Assembly: GCA_038213805.1 (NCBI GenBank)
Contig: JBBQSO010000003.1
Location: 1 to 64,000, forward strand
Length of the DNA: 64,000 nt
Origin: Planctomycetota bacterium
Lineage (GTDB): Bacteria; Planctomycetota; UBA11346
Direction of reading: 5' to 3'
Position numbers and translations under genes: made by a program. Positions within the stretch are counted from its first letter, which is position 1. The number at the start of each line of letters is the position of its first letter. Below are positions 1 through 9,763 of the stretch, in pieces. The notes under the pieces were generated by a model. It was not told the origin of the DNA, did not search any database, and worked only from the letters and a program-made list of their open reading frames with translations.

Positions 1-44
1 GCCAGCGGCGCGCGGTCCCAGGAAGGGCCCTGACGCGGGTTCCT

Positions 45-740
45 TCACTCGGGTTGACGCCAGGCGACCAGCGCCTGCACTTGGCCCGCGCCGCGCCGGC
101 GGTAACTCCACAGCCGGGCATCGCCCGCCGTGCACACGCCACTGCGCGTGATCGCACCAACGTCACACGCCAATGCATCCGCAGCGACCGCCTCCGGCAC
201 ATCCAGGAAGGCGTGGCCAGGACGGCCCGGGCGCAGCGCCGCGAGCGGCCAGTCGCGCGCACCCAGCACCGGCGCGTCGACTTCGTACCTGGAGCCGCTG
301 ATGCCCGGGCCGATCAATCCGCACCACGCGGCCGGCGGGTGGGCGCTGAGGCGCGCGAGCGCGGTCACCAGCGCCGCGACGATGCCCTTGGCGGTGCCGC
401 GCCAGCCGCAGTGCGCGACGCCAAGCGCATCCGGCGCGATCAGCACCAGGGCCGGACAGTCGGCGCCATAGACCCCGAGCGCGAGCGTGGCATCGGCGCT
501 GACCACGCCGTCGGCCTGCGCCAGCTCGGCCGCCGACGCCTGCGCGTCCACCACCCGGCAGCCATGGACCTGGCGCGGCAGGACGCAGCGCTGGGTGACG
601 CCCTGGCCGGCGAGCCACGCCTGGCGCGCCGTCGGCAGCCGCAGATCGCCATCCCCCTCTGCACTGTACGCGATGGCCACGCCGGAGATCTGCCAGCGCA
701 GCGTCGCCGGCAGGGAAGCTTCAGGCGTGGTTCCACTCAT
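45..740 (-). CDS. YfiH/PgeF-family purine nucleoside phosphorylase (laccase-domain protein)
   Basis: Motifs QVHG, ADC-P, AHCGWRG, IGPGI, CT...LWSYRR. Start moved to ATG at 740 (the track starts at 764). Confidence 0.85.
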   Translation of the reverse strand: MSGTTPEASLPATLRWQISGVAIAYSAEGDGDLRLPTARQAWLAGQGVTQRCVLPRQVHGCRVVDAQASAAELAQADGVVSADATLALGVYGADCPALVLIAPDALGVAHCGWRGTAKGIVAALVTALARLSAHPPAAWCGLIGPGISGSRYEVDAPVLGARDWPLAALRPGRPGHAFLDVPEAVAADALACDVGAITRSGVCTAGDARLWSYRRRGAGQVQALVAWRQPE

Positions 741-919
741 GGCGGTCGAGCATGCCGCCGCCAACGCCGGGGATCAACCACCGCGCCAGACCTTGCCATC
801 AGCCCCACCGCCCTCGCGCCATGCGCAGCGCTCATGAGGCCGAGGCTTTCGGGTCAGAGGCTGGCAGCCCCCCTCCCTGAGCACGTGACAAGCGCCGCAG
901 CGTAACCCATACTAGGGCC

Positions 920-2200
920 ATGCAGGTCCGCCTCCACGGTCCCAGCGGCGAACTGCCGATCACGGAAGGCATCTCGCTGCTGGGCCGCGGTAACGATTGC
1001 CGGCTGCACCTCGCCGATCCGCGTCTGAGCCGTCACCACGCCCGTTTCATCCTGACCAGCCACGAGCTGCGCGTCGAGGACTGCGGCAGTACCAACGGCG
1101 TGCTGGTCAACAGCCAGCGCATAACCGCCTCGACCGTTCTGGCGAGTGGCGACGTCATCGTCTGCGGACCCTGCGTGTTCACCGTGGCGATCGATCCGAC
1201 CCTGATTGAGGAGCGCGTCCACGAGCCCACCCCGGCGAGCGGTGCGCGCGTGGCGGGCTCGACCGAAACCATGGATCCGGTAGTGGTCGATGACGCCGCG
1301 CTGCGCGCGCACCACCAGGCCGGCGGCACGGCGGCGACGGCCAGCGCGTCCTCCAAGGGCACGCGTCTGGACCCGCGCATCGCCCGTGCGGTGGGTGCGA
1401 GCGGCGACGGCGGACTGGGCCTGGATCCCGACGATGAGGCCGACCACCAGACCTCCGCGCTTGATTCCAACCGCAAGGGTCGTGGCGGCGCACCGGCAGC
1501 GCATCCGCCGGAACCGCCGCCCGCGCCGGAACGGCGCAAGGACAAGACCACCGGCCTGCTGCCCGCCGATTTCAGCGCCCGCGAGAGCGCGGCCCTGCAG
1601 CCGCAGACCGTGGTCGACGACCCCGCGCTGCGCGCGACGCCACGCGAACGCGCGCTCGCCGGGCTGCTCGACGGCTTGCAACTCGCGCTGTTCGCCGCGC
1701 TGCTCGGGCTACCGCCACTGCTCTCGGGCTACGGCTGGGCCCTGGTCCATGCCGGAGCGGTGCTCGAGGACGGCCTGCCGGTCATCACCCCCCATCCCGC
1801 CGGCACGGCCGACCTCGGCAGCCTGGTCGGCTCGCTGCTGCACTCCGGGGGCCCGACCCGCGCGGTGGCGCTCGTCGGCCAACTGCGCGACCAGAGCGAT
1901 CACGGCCCGCTCCTGTTGCTCTTCGCCGGCGCCACCCTCGCTCTGCTGGCGGCGCTCTTGGTGGTGGCGATCGGCGGCGTCGCCGCCACGGTGCTGCACG
2001 GTTCGCCGTGGTGGCACCGCCGGCTCAACCTCGAAATCGTCGAGTCCGCCACCGGCTACCATCTCACCTGGCTGCGCGCCTGCGCGCGCTGGACGGTGAT
2101 GCTGCTCTTCCTGCCCGTGGCGCTGATATTCGTCGCCTGCGGCGTGCGCGGCCCGCACGACCTGATCGCGGGCGCCCTGGTCCGCCGCCGGAAGCGCTGA
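920..2200 (+). CDS. FHA-domain protein with C-terminal RDD-like membrane domain
   Basis: N-terminal FHA motifs LLGRG, LSRHHA, STNG; low-complexity linker; RALAGLLD...G-S-P...R...HDLIAG..V pattern typical of RDD. Confidence 0.75.
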   Translation: MQVRLHGPSGELPITEGISLLGRGNDCRLHLADPRLSRHHARFILTSHELRVEDCGSTNGVLVNSQRITASTVLASGDVIVCGPCVFTVAIDPTLIEERVHEPTPASGARVAGSTETMDPVVVDDAALRAHHQAGGTAATASASSKGTRLDPRIARAVGASGDGGLGLDPDDEADHQTSALDSNRKGRGGAPAAHPPEPPPAPERRKDKTTGLLPADFSARESAALQPQTVVDDPALRATPRERALAGLLDGLQLALFAALLGLPPLLSGYGWALVHAGAVLEDGLPVITPHPAGTADLGSLVGSLLHSGGPTRAVALVGQLRDQSDHGPLLLLFAGATLALLAALLVVAIGGVAATVLHGSPWWHRRLNLEIVESATGYHLTWLRACARWTVMLLFLPVALIFVACGVRGPHDLIAGALVRRRKR

Positions 2201-2266
2201 GCAGCGGTCTCGCGCTTGCGATGGGAAGGTCGGCACCAAGCTGGCGCCTCGCTTCCCGGAGACCCC

Positions 2267-4072
2267 ATGCTCGACCTGCTGACCCGTCCTCTCGCCGCCT
2301 GCATCGCCAGTCATCTCGGCGTGGCCGAAGAGGCCGTGACGGCGCTCATCGGTGCCCCGGTCAAAGGTGTCGACGCGGACCTCGCCCTGCCCTGCTTCCA
2401 GTTCGCCAAGGCGCGCGGCGTGGCGCCGCCAGTGCTGGCGGGTGAACTCGCCGGCATGCTTGCGGCGTCCGGGTTGGGGGTGCAGGCGGTCGCGGCCGGT
2501 CCCTTCCTCAACCTGACGCTTGGCACCGGAGCGGTCGCCACCGCGCTGCTGCCGGCACTCGCGGCCGATGCCACCGTCGCGCTGCGTGCGACCAGCGGCC
2601 GCGGACGTACCGTGTGCATCGACTTCAGCAGCCCCAACATCGCCAAGCACCTCGCCTTCCACCACATCCGCTCGACCATGATCGGCAACGCCCTGGCGCA
2701 CTGCTACGCGGCGGCGGGCTGGAAGGTCAAGCGCATCAACTTCCTCGGCGACTGGGGTACGGCCTTCGGCCGGCTGATCTCCGGTTGGAAGCGCGAGGGA
2801 CTCGACCTCGACCGGCTTGCCGCCGCACCGGACAAGGTCACGTTCCTGCACGAGCTCTACGTGCGCAGCTCGGCCGCGGCCAAGGCCGATCCCGCGCTCG
2901 AAGCGGACGCCCGGCACTGGTCCAAGGCGATCGAGGATGGCGATGCCGAGGCCCGGCACCTGTGGCAGATCTTCAAAGACGCCAGCCTCGCCGAGTTCAC
3001 GCGCGTCTATGCCCTGCTCGGGGTCGGCTTCGATTCGTGGAAGGGCGAGGCCCACTACCAGGACAAGATGGGGCCGGTGCTCGCCGAACTCGAAGCCAAA
3101 GGCCTGACCAAGGTCGACCTGGCCCCCACCGAGGGCCCGGCCGGCTCGACCGTGGTCGACCTGCCGGCGCTGGTCGGCAAGCCATTCAAGAAGCCGATGC
3201 TGCTGAAGCGCGCCGACGGCGGCACGCTCTACGCGACCCGCGACCTCGCGGCCTGCGACGACCGCTTCGCGGAATTCGCCTTCGACCGCTCGCTCTACGT
3301 CGTCGACCTCGGCCAGGCGCTGCACTTCAAGGAATGGTTCGCGGTCGCCCGGCTGCTTGGCCGACCTTACGCCGACCACCTCCGCCACATCGGCTTCGGC
3401 ATCGTGCTGATGTGGAACGACGAACCGGCCCCAGGCGAACAGCCAGGCTGGGCGCGGGTCAAGACCCGCGATGGCAGGCCGATGCTGCTGCGCGAAGTCC
3501 TCGAGGAGGCCATCGCGCGTGCCCGCACGGTCATCGCCGAGAAGAACCCGGAACTGGTCGGCGACGAGCGCGAGCGGATCGCGCGCGCCGTCGGCGTCGG
3601 CGCCGTGGTCTTCAACGACCTCAAGAACGGCCGCCAGAACGACGTGAAGTTCAAGTTCGAGGAGGCGCTGCGCTTCGACGGCGAGACCGGTCCTTACCTG
3701 CAGTTCGCCCACGCCCGGCTGTGCTCGATCGAGCGCAAGTTCGCCGAGGCCCATCCGCAGGCCCCGGCTGCATCACCGGCGCTGCTGACCAGCGCCGATG
3801 AGAAGGCCGTGCTTTTCGCCATCGGCCGCCTGCAGGCCGCCCTCGAGAAGACCGTCGAGAACGACGAGCCGGGCTCCCTGGCCAGTGGCCTGCTGACCCT
3901 TGCCGGCACAGTCGCCACCTGGTTGACCGCCGGCAACCACGACCAGGCGGCGCGCGTGCTGTGCGCCGACGCCGCGGTCTCGGCCAGCCGCCTGGCGCTG
4001 GTGCGCGCGGCGCGCGGCGCGCTCGGCGAGGGATTGCGGCTGCTGGGGCTGGGGGCGCCGGAACGGATGTGA
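2267..4072 (+). CDS. argS: Arginine--tRNA ligase
   Basis: GPFLN, DFSSPNIAK, NFLGDWG, YATRDLA, GETGPYLQFAHARLCSI, C-terminal GLRLLGL.APERM. ATG at 2267 follows GGAG. Confidence 0.95.
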   Translation: MLDLLTRPLAACIASHLGVAEEAVTALIGAPVKGVDADLALPCFQFAKARGVAPPVLAGELAGMLAASGLGVQAVAAGPFLNLTLGTGAVATALLPALAADATVALRATSGRGRTVCIDFSSPNIAKHLAFHHIRSTMIGNALAHCYAAAGWKVKRINFLGDWGTAFGRLISGWKREGLDLDRLAAAPDKVTFLHELYVRSSAAAKADPALEADARHWSKAIEDGDAEARHLWQIFKDASLAEFTRVYALLGVGFDSWKGEAHYQDKMGPVLAELEAKGLTKVDLAPTEGPAGSTVVDLPALVGKPFKKPMLLKRADGGTLYATRDLAACDDRFAEFAFDRSLYVVDLGQALHFKEWFAVARLLGRPYADHLRHIGFGIVLMWNDEPAPGEQPGWARVKTRDGRPMLLREVLEEAIARARTVIAEKNPELVGDERERIARAVGVGAVVFNDLKNGRQNDVKFKFEEALRFDGETGPYLQFAHARLCSIERKFAEAHPQAPAASPALLTSADEKAVLFAIGRLQAALEKTVENDEPGSLASGLLTLAGTVATWLTAGNHDQAARVLCADAAVSASRLALVRAARGALGEGLRLLGLGAPERM

Positions 4073-4315
4073 GGGACAGCCGGAGAAGTGCGGGCATGGC
4101 CGAACGTGCGTAGGACAGCAAGGGACGACTGGTCGTGTGATCCCGACAACGCTCGGGACGCATCAAACCTGGAACGTGGAAGATGCCGCATACGCTGCAC
4201 CCGCGTGTGAGGGCAGGAGCCGATGCCGATGCCCGACTCTCTCACACGTTAGCCCTCCCGGCCTGCCTCCTGCCTCAACCGCCTGCCTGCCCCTTCTCCC
4301 CTCCCGGTCTCCCCC

Positions 4316-5116
4316 ATGCCTGACCTCCGCGCCTCCCTCCGCCTCGCCTACGGCGCGCATGCGCGCCAGCACTACGATCTGTTCGTGCCCGAGAAGCCCG
4401 CCAGCGGCGTGCTGGTGGTGGTGGTCCACGGCGGCTGGTGGACGCACGGCCGGCACGAGGACCTGCGGCCCTTCTGCCTGGCGCTGGCCGAGGCCGGATT
4501 CGCCTCGGCGGCGCTCGGCTACCGGCTGCTTGGGGATGGCGCGCGCTATGGCCAGGAAGCGGTCGACGACCTCAAGCTGGGCTCATCCAAGGCCCTTGAA
4601 GAGGCCGCGGTCGCCGGCCTCGGCGGCAATGCCATCATCCTGCTCGGCAGCGGCGCTGGCAGCCTCCTCGCCCTGACCGCGGCGGCCCAGCTCGGCGAGG
4701 AGAAAGTGCTGCAGGTACGCGTGCGCGGCGTGGCCGCCTGCGGCGTCAGCCCGACCCTCGAACACTGGGATGGCATCACCGCACCGGTGGCCCGCGCCCT
4801 CGACCAGTTCGCCGGCACCCATCGCCACGAGCTCAGCCCCATGCACCTCAAGGCGGACGGCTTCCCGCCGCTGCTGCTGCTGCACGGCGACAGCGACGAG
4901 GAGGTGCCGGCTCGCATCGCCCAGCGCCTGCACGCCCGCGTCGTCGAAGCCAACGAATCCAGCACCTTTGCCGTGCTCAGCGGCCTCGGCCACCAGTTCA
5001 TCGAGCAGGCCAACGACCGCGGCGCGCGCACCGCCCTCGAGCGCCTGGTGCCCTTCCTGCAGGAGCACGGCCGCGACCTGCAGCGCGAGGCGCTGTTCGC
5101 TGGCCGCCGCGAATAG
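4316..5116 (+). CDS. Alpha/beta hydrolase (BD-FAE/kynurenine formamidase-like), nucleophile elbow atypical
   Basis: YG...Q.YDLF, VHGGWW oxyanion motif, GYRL, HGDSDEEVP, GLGH. The elbow reads GSGAG. Confidence 0.8.
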   Translation: MPDLRASLRLAYGAHARQHYDLFVPEKPASGVLVVVVHGGWWTHGRHEDLRPFCLALAEAGFASAALGYRLLGDGARYGQEAVDDLKLGSSKALEEAAVAGLGGNAIILLGSGAGSLLALTAAAQLGEEKVLQVRVRGVAACGVSPTLEHWDGITAPVARALDQFAGTHRHELSPMHLKADGFPPLLLLHGDSDEEVPARIAQRLHARVVEANESSTFAVLSGLGHQFIEQANDRGARTALERLVPFLQEHGRDLQREALFAGRRE

Positions 5117-5131
5117 GCCTGCGCAAGGTCT

Positions 5132-5344
5132 TCAGCCCGCGGCGCTGCTCGTGGGCGGATCGCCGGCCTCGACCTCTGCGACGATATCGAGCAGTTCCTG
5201 AGCGCACACGAAGCAGCCGGAGCTGCAGCACTTCAGCCGCGTGCGGTCTTCCGCACCGTCGAGCAGGCGGGCGATGCGCCCACGCAGCGCCGACGAATAG
5301 TTGCGCCTGGCCAAGGCGGCTTCGATGCGGGTGTCGCGATCCAT
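5132..5344 (-). CDS. Small (70 aa) protein with CCxxxCxxC motif (oxidoreductase-like N-terminal / Fe-S-type motif)
   Basis: MDRDTRIEAA...KCCSSGCFVCAQELL. ATG at 5344; fits the gap between neighbours. Confidence 0.6.
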   Translation of the reverse strand: MDRDTRIEAALARRNYSSALRGRIARLLDGAEDRTRLKCCSSGCFVCAQELLDIVAEVEAGDPPTSSAAG

Positions 5345-5441
5345 CGCCAAGGGTCTACCCCGGATGGCAGAGCAGGGCAAGGCGAGCGGCGCAGCTTTTG
5401 ACGAAAGGGCCACCGCGCGCATCACGCGGACGCGACCGGCA

Positions 5442-6074
5442 TCACGGCGCGAGATTGCGCTCGATGATGATGCGCACCAGTGGCACCAACGCCGCTGCAT
5501 AGGCGTCATCTGAGACGGCCGCCTGGGGCGGCAGGTGCATGAAGCCACAGCGTTGGACCGGCTCGCCCAGGGCGCGATAGAGCAGTTCGTTGCAGAGATA
5601 GCCGCCGGCGTCGGCACTCGCACGGACCGGGAGTGCGGCGGCGCTGAACCACTCCGGCGCGAAGTCCAGGCGCGCAGGTCGCGTGGCGGGACCGGCCGGC
5701 TCGAGCTGCGCAGCGGTCGGCAGGGCCTGCCCCTCATCGGGAATCGGCCGGGCGAGGTTGGCGCCCATGCGTTCGACGGTGACCAGGCCCGCGTAGCCCT
5801 CGCCGAGGCCCAGCAGCAGTCGCGGTTGCAGGCGCGCCACCGCCGCCGGCAGCTGCCGGGCCGGTTCGCCCCAGCGCACCGGCATGACCAGTACGGTCAC
5901 CCGGCCTCCGGCGATGATCTCGCCCGCCAGGCGCTGGGCGACCGTGGCGCTGCCGTTGACCCCGCGTCCGGCGAATGGCTGGAAGGCGGTCACCAGGATG
6001 ACCGGTTCGGCGGCGCGGGCGGCAGCGGCGGCAACCAATCCGATGCAAATGACGAGCAGGCACTGGAACCGCAT
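5442..6074 (-). CDS. pcp: Pyroglutamyl-peptidase I (peptidase C15) with signal peptide
   Basis: ILVTAFQPF...NGS, GLGE, ERMGAN, DAGGYLCNELLY (catalytic Cys), GFMHLP. N-terminus MRFQCLLVICIGLVAAAAARA. Confidence 0.85.
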   Translation of the reverse strand: MRFQCLLVICIGLVAAAAARAAEPVILVTAFQPFAGRGVNGSATVAQRLAGEIIAGGRVTVLVMPVRWGEPARQLPAAVARLQPRLLLGLGEGYAGLVTVERMGANLARPIPDEGQALPTAAQLEPAGPATRPARLDFAPEWFSAAALPVRASADAGGYLCNELLYRALGEPVQRCGFMHLPPQAAVSDDAYAAALVPLVRIIIERNLAP

Positions 6075-6247
6075 ACCGGAATGGTGGCGGACCGCGCAGC
6101 GGCTCAAGCCATGTCCAGGGCCTGTGCACCTCCCGGACCGGATGTCCAGCCGCTGCGCATGCTCCCCCTCAAGACCGCCCCGAACCCTGGCATGGAAACG
6201 GCTATGGGGAGCATGAACCCACACCCAGGAAGCCCCAGGTAAGACCC

Positions 6248-7213
6248 ATGACGTCCTCCGCCCCGCGTCTCCCCCGTCTCTGCGCCTTCAGCTTGCTGGC
6301 TCTTGGTGCCAGTGCCGCCCAGCTGAGCGCTGCGGACGACAGTGCTATTCCCCAGGCGGGCGCCGAAAACAAGACCGCCGCCGGCTCAACCAAGGCCCTG
6401 CATTCGTGGGAGCTGCCCGCGCTGACCATCCAAGGGGCCCCGCTCTCGGACCTGCGCGACGACGACCTGGTCGGCAGCTATGGCCAACCCCGCTGGTCGA
6501 CCTCGCGCCGCTTCACTGAGGTGCGCACCTACGTCATCCCCGCAGGCCAGTTCGATTTCGAGTACTGGCTATTTATCTCGCAGCCGACCAAGCGGGAGAA
6601 GGCCGACGCCGCAGCCGCCGGCCAGCCCAAACCCAAGGCCGAGGTGAAGCAGCAGTACGAAGCCGAGATGGGCCTGGGCTACCGCTTCCAGCTCGACCTC
6701 TACCAAGTCTACGTCAAGAACGGCAGCAACGGTGACAACGCCCTCGACGCCACCAAATTCGAGGTCCGCTGGGCGTTCGCCGACTGGGGCCGGATCTGGG
6801 GCAACCCCACCGCCTACGTCGAGTGGCAGCAGGCCGCCCACGGCGCAGACAGTGCCGAGGTCAAATTGCTGCTGAGCGACGACATCACCACGCGCTGGGC
6901 GTGGGCGACCAACCTCGTCGCCGAACGCAAGACTGGCGACAACCGCGATTTGTCCGTGGAATGGAACAGCGCCATCGGCTACTCCGCAATCGACCAGAAG
7001 CTGAGCATTGGCGCCGAGCTCGCCCTCGCCCAGGTCTCCGAGCTCGCTGATCCGGCCGGCAGCCACCGTATCCACCATTACGAGGCCGCCGTCGGCCCAT
7101 CGATCCGCTACAACCCCATTCCCCAAGCACATATCATCATCAGCCAGCTCGTTGGACTGAACAGCAACACCAATGCGGCGAAGACGGTGGCGATCATCGG
7201 CTGGGAGTTCTGA
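6248..7213 (+). CDS. Exported probable outer-membrane beta-barrel protein of unknown function
   Basis: Signal peptide, alternating beta-strand pattern, C-terminal aromatic GWEF. Confidence 0.65.
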   Translation: MTSSAPRLPRLCAFSLLALGASAAQLSAADDSAIPQAGAENKTAAGSTKALHSWELPALTIQGAPLSDLRDDDLVGSYGQPRWSTSRRFTEVRTYVIPAGQFDFEYWLFISQPTKREKADAAAAGQPKPKAEVKQQYEAEMGLGYRFQLDLYQVYVKNGSNGDNALDATKFEVRWAFADWGRIWGNPTAYVEWQQAAHGADSAEVKLLLSDDITTRWAWATNLVAERKTGDNRDLSVEWNSAIGYSAIDQKLSIGAELALAQVSELADPAGSHRIHHYEAAVGPSIRYNPIPQAHIIISQLVGLNSNTNAAKTVAIIGWEF

Positions 7214-7227
7214 GCGGGTATATGGCC

Positions 7228-7304
7228 ATGGCTGATGGCTGATGGCTGATGGCTGATGGCTGATGGCTGATGGCTGATGGCTGATGGCTGATGGCTGATG
7301 GCTG
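7228..7304. repeat. Tandem heptamer (ATGGCTG)x11
   Basis: 11 perfect copies directly after the stop of the 6248-7213 gene; no partner arm seen. Confidence 0.95.
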
Positions 7305-7424
7305 AATAGTGGCGCGCCAGCGCGTGAGTGGCTGGCGGCAGACCACGCGCGCCGCGAACGCATCATTTCCGGACCTTGGCCGCCGCGCCTTGCGGTGCGC
7401 GGCGGGCAGCGGATGCTGGCGGGC

Positions 7425-7940
7425 ATGTCACCCCGCACGCGCCAAATCCTTGTCGCCAGCGGACTGCTCGTCCTGATCTGCACGTGGTACTGGTGGTGGA
7501 GCCGGCCCGAAGTGCAGGTGCCGCGCACCTTCGCACGCATCCAGCAGGGCCTCCAGGAAAGCTCGGCGGGCCTGGTCATCGACCAGCTCCATCCCGACTA
7601 TGATGTGGCACGCACCTGGTCCGGCCAGCTCGCCCAGGTCGGGGACGAGGTCCCCGGCAAGCCCGATGCACGCGCACTGGCCCGCCAGGGCCTGGGCGCG
7701 CTCCTGCTCATGCAGCGCGATGATCCCTTCACCTTCTCCTACCACATCGACTCGCTCACCCATGGCGACGACGGCGAGGTCACCGCCGAGGTCAGCATCC
7801 AAATCGGCACGCGCAGCGGCAACGGCGCGCCGCTGCTCGATCCGCCGCTGCTGCGCCACCGCTTCGTGCTGGCGCGCAGCGGCTGGCTCTCGACCGCCTA
7901 CCTGATCCGCTCGCATGCACCGATCCACCTCGCCCTGTGA
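7425..7940 (+). CDS. Hypothetical membrane-anchored protein
   Basis: Single N-terminal TM helix (ILVASGLLVLICTWYWWW); start uncertain (7413 or 7425). Confidence 0.6.
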   Translation: MSPRTRQILVASGLLVLICTWYWWWSRPEVQVPRTFARIQQGLQESSAGLVIDQLHPDYDVARTWSGQLAQVGDEVPGKPDARALARQGLGALLLMQRDDPFTFSYHIDSLTHGDDGEVTAEVSIQIGTRSGNGAPLLDPPLLRHRFVLARSGWLSTAYLIRSHAPIHLAL

Positions 7941-7952
7941 GGGCGAGGTGGA

Positions 7953-8091
7953 GTCCGGAAGTCCGGGGGTCCGGCAGTCGGACAGCCTCTCACAGAGAAG
8001 GCGGCAACTTGACCGCGAGGTGACGTCAACGACCGCGTCGCCGCCCCTGCGTGACGATCCCATGACCACCAGACTTCCGGACTTCCGGACT
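7953..8091. repeat. Inverted pair of octamer arrays (GTCCGGAA-type) between convergent genes
   Basis: GTCCGGAA GTCCGGGG GTCCGGCA GTCGGACA at 7953-7984; GACTTCCG GACTTCCG GACT at 8072-8091. Confidence 0.8.
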
Positions 8092-8097
8092 GCCCCC

Positions 8098-8520
8098 CTA
8101 CCCGTGATGATACGGCGTCCCCGCCAGGATGGTCGCGGCGCGGTAGAGCTGCTCGATGAGCAGCAGGTGCGCCAGCGGATGCGGCAGGGTCAGCGCGCCC
8201 AACGACAGCACCGCCTGCGCCGTCGCGCGGCTTGGCGCGTGGTGGCCGTAGGCGTCACCGACCAGGAAGGCGACCTCGCCGTGCGTCATCGTCCACTTGC
8301 GCAGCAGCGCAGCGAGTCCCGCACTCGTCGGCTGCTCGCCGCGTTCGTCCAGGACGACGCGCCAGCGCGCCGAATCTGGCCACAGCACAGCCTCGCCCTT
8401 GGGTTCCCTTTCGACCACGGTCAGCGCGCCGAAGCGCTGGAAGCGTTTGAGGTACTCCGCGCGCAGGGCGAGCACGTGCGCATCGCGCAGACGGCCGTGC
8501 TGGACGACGATCAGGCGCAC
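8098..8520 (-). CDS. rlmH: 23S rRNA (pseudouridine1915-N3)-methyltransferase RlmH
   Basis: VVLDERG, FLVGDAYG, LSLGALTLPHPLA.LLLIEQLYRA.TILAG.PYHH. Probable GTG start at 8520. Confidence 0.9.
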   Translation of the reverse strand: MRLIVVQHGRLRDAHVLALRAEYLKRFQRFGALTVVEREPKGEAVLWPDSARWRVVLDERGEQPTSAGLAALLRKWTMTHGEVAFLVGDAYGHHAPSRATAQAVLSLGALTLPHPLAHLLLIEQLYRAATILAGTPYHHG

Positions 8521-8536
8521 GACGGCCTGCGCACAC

Positions 8537-9718
8537 TCACTCCTCGTCGTCTTTGGCGCCGCGATTGCGCCGGCTGAAATAGCGCTCCCTGAACTCCGCG
8601 GACCAGGCCGCGAAGCGGTCCGCCTCGATGGCATCGCGCATCGCCCGCATCAGATCCTGGTAGAAGTGCAGATTGTGGATCGTCATCAGGGTCTCGCCCA
8701 GGGTCTCACCGGCGAAAGTCAGATGGCGAAGGTACGAACGGCTGTAGCCGGAGGCGCACGTGTAGCAGGCGCACGCAGTATCGATCGGGTAGCGGTCTTT
8801 GCGGAATTTCTTGTCCTGGATGCGCTGCTTGCCGTCCCAGGTGAAGACCGTGCCCTCGCGCGCATAGCGCGTGGGGATCACGCAATCGTGGATGTCCATG
8901 CCCTGCTCGACCGAAGCGACCAGGTCTTCGGGCAGGCCGACGCCCATCAGGTAGCGGACCTTGTCGGCCGGCAGCAGCGGCGCGGTGTGGCGGACGATGC
9001 GCACCATCGCCTCGTGGCCCTCGCCGACCGACACGCCGCCGATGGCGTAGCCGGGGAGATCGAGCGAGACCAGCTGGGAAGTGGCGTGGGCGCGCAGCTC
9101 CAGGTCCATACCTCCCTGGATGATGCCGAAGAGGTGCTGGTGCTCAGCGAGCGGCACGGCCACGCAGCGCTGCAGCCAACGGAAGGTGCGCTCGACGCTC
9201 GCAGCGACGTATTCACGGGCGGCGGTGTGCTCGACGCATTCGTCGAAGGCCATCACGATGTCGGCGCCAAGGCGACGCTGCACGTCCATCGAGATCTCCG
9301 GCGAGAGCATCGCCGCCACCCCGTCGTCGACGAAGCGGAAGCGCACCCCCTCCTCGGTGATCTGGCGGTCCGGCAGGCTGAACACCTGGAAGCCGCCCGA
9401 GTCGGTGAGGATGGTCGATTTCCAGTGCATGAGCGCATGCAGGCCGCCGTGGCGCTCGACCATCTGGGTGCGGTCGGCGAGGCTGAGATGGTAGGTGTTG
9501 GCCAGGACCACCTGGGCGCCGGTAGCCGCGACCTGCTCCGGCGTCACGCACTTCACTGCAGCCTGGGTGCCGACCGGCATGAAGGCCGGCGTCTCGACCA
9601 CGCCATGCTTGGTGACGAAACGCCCCCGGCGCGCACGGCCGCTGGTCTTGAGCACGCGGAAGCGCAGTCCTCCGCCCGGGGTCCAGGTCGGCATTTCGGC
9701 ATCGTTCATGGGCGGCAT
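8537..9718 (-). CDS. tgt: tRNA-guanine transglycosylase
   Basis: TPAFMPVGT, LANTYHL, TDSGGFQVFSL, FGIIQGG, YLMGVG, DCVIPTR, CACYTC, HNL. The longer ORF in the track is read-through of repeats. Confidence 0.95.
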   Translation of the reverse strand: MPPMNDAEMPTWTPGGGLRFRVLKTSGRARRGRFVTKHGVVETPAFMPVGTQAAVKCVTPEQVAATGAQVVLANTYHLSLADRTQMVERHGGLHALMHWKSTILTDSGGFQVFSLPDRQITEEGVRFRFVDDGVAAMLSPEISMDVQRRLGADIVMAFDECVEHTAAREYVAASVERTFRWLQRCVAVPLAEHQHLFGIIQGGMDLELRAHATSQLVSLDLPGYAIGGVSVGEGHEAMVRIVRHTAPLLPADKVRYLMGVGLPEDLVASVEQGMDIHDCVIPTRYAREGTVFTWDGKQRIQDKKFRKDRYPIDTACACYTCASGYSRSYLRHLTFAGETLGETLMTIHNLHFYQDLMRAMRDAIEADRFAAWSAEFRERYFSRRNRGAKDDEE

Positions 9719-9763
9719 GGTCGGGAGGGAAGCAGGGGGCGCAATTGGGGAGGCTGAGGCGAG

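Noticed and set aside
4073..4315. Possible ncRNA or T-box after argS
   Set aside because: Only short hairpins (e.g. CGTGTGAG/CTCACACG), no recognisable motif, and it lies downstream of the gene.
7228..7304. Repeat arrays as CRISPR
   Set aside because: Units are 7-8 nt in tandem without spacers, and no cas genes are present.
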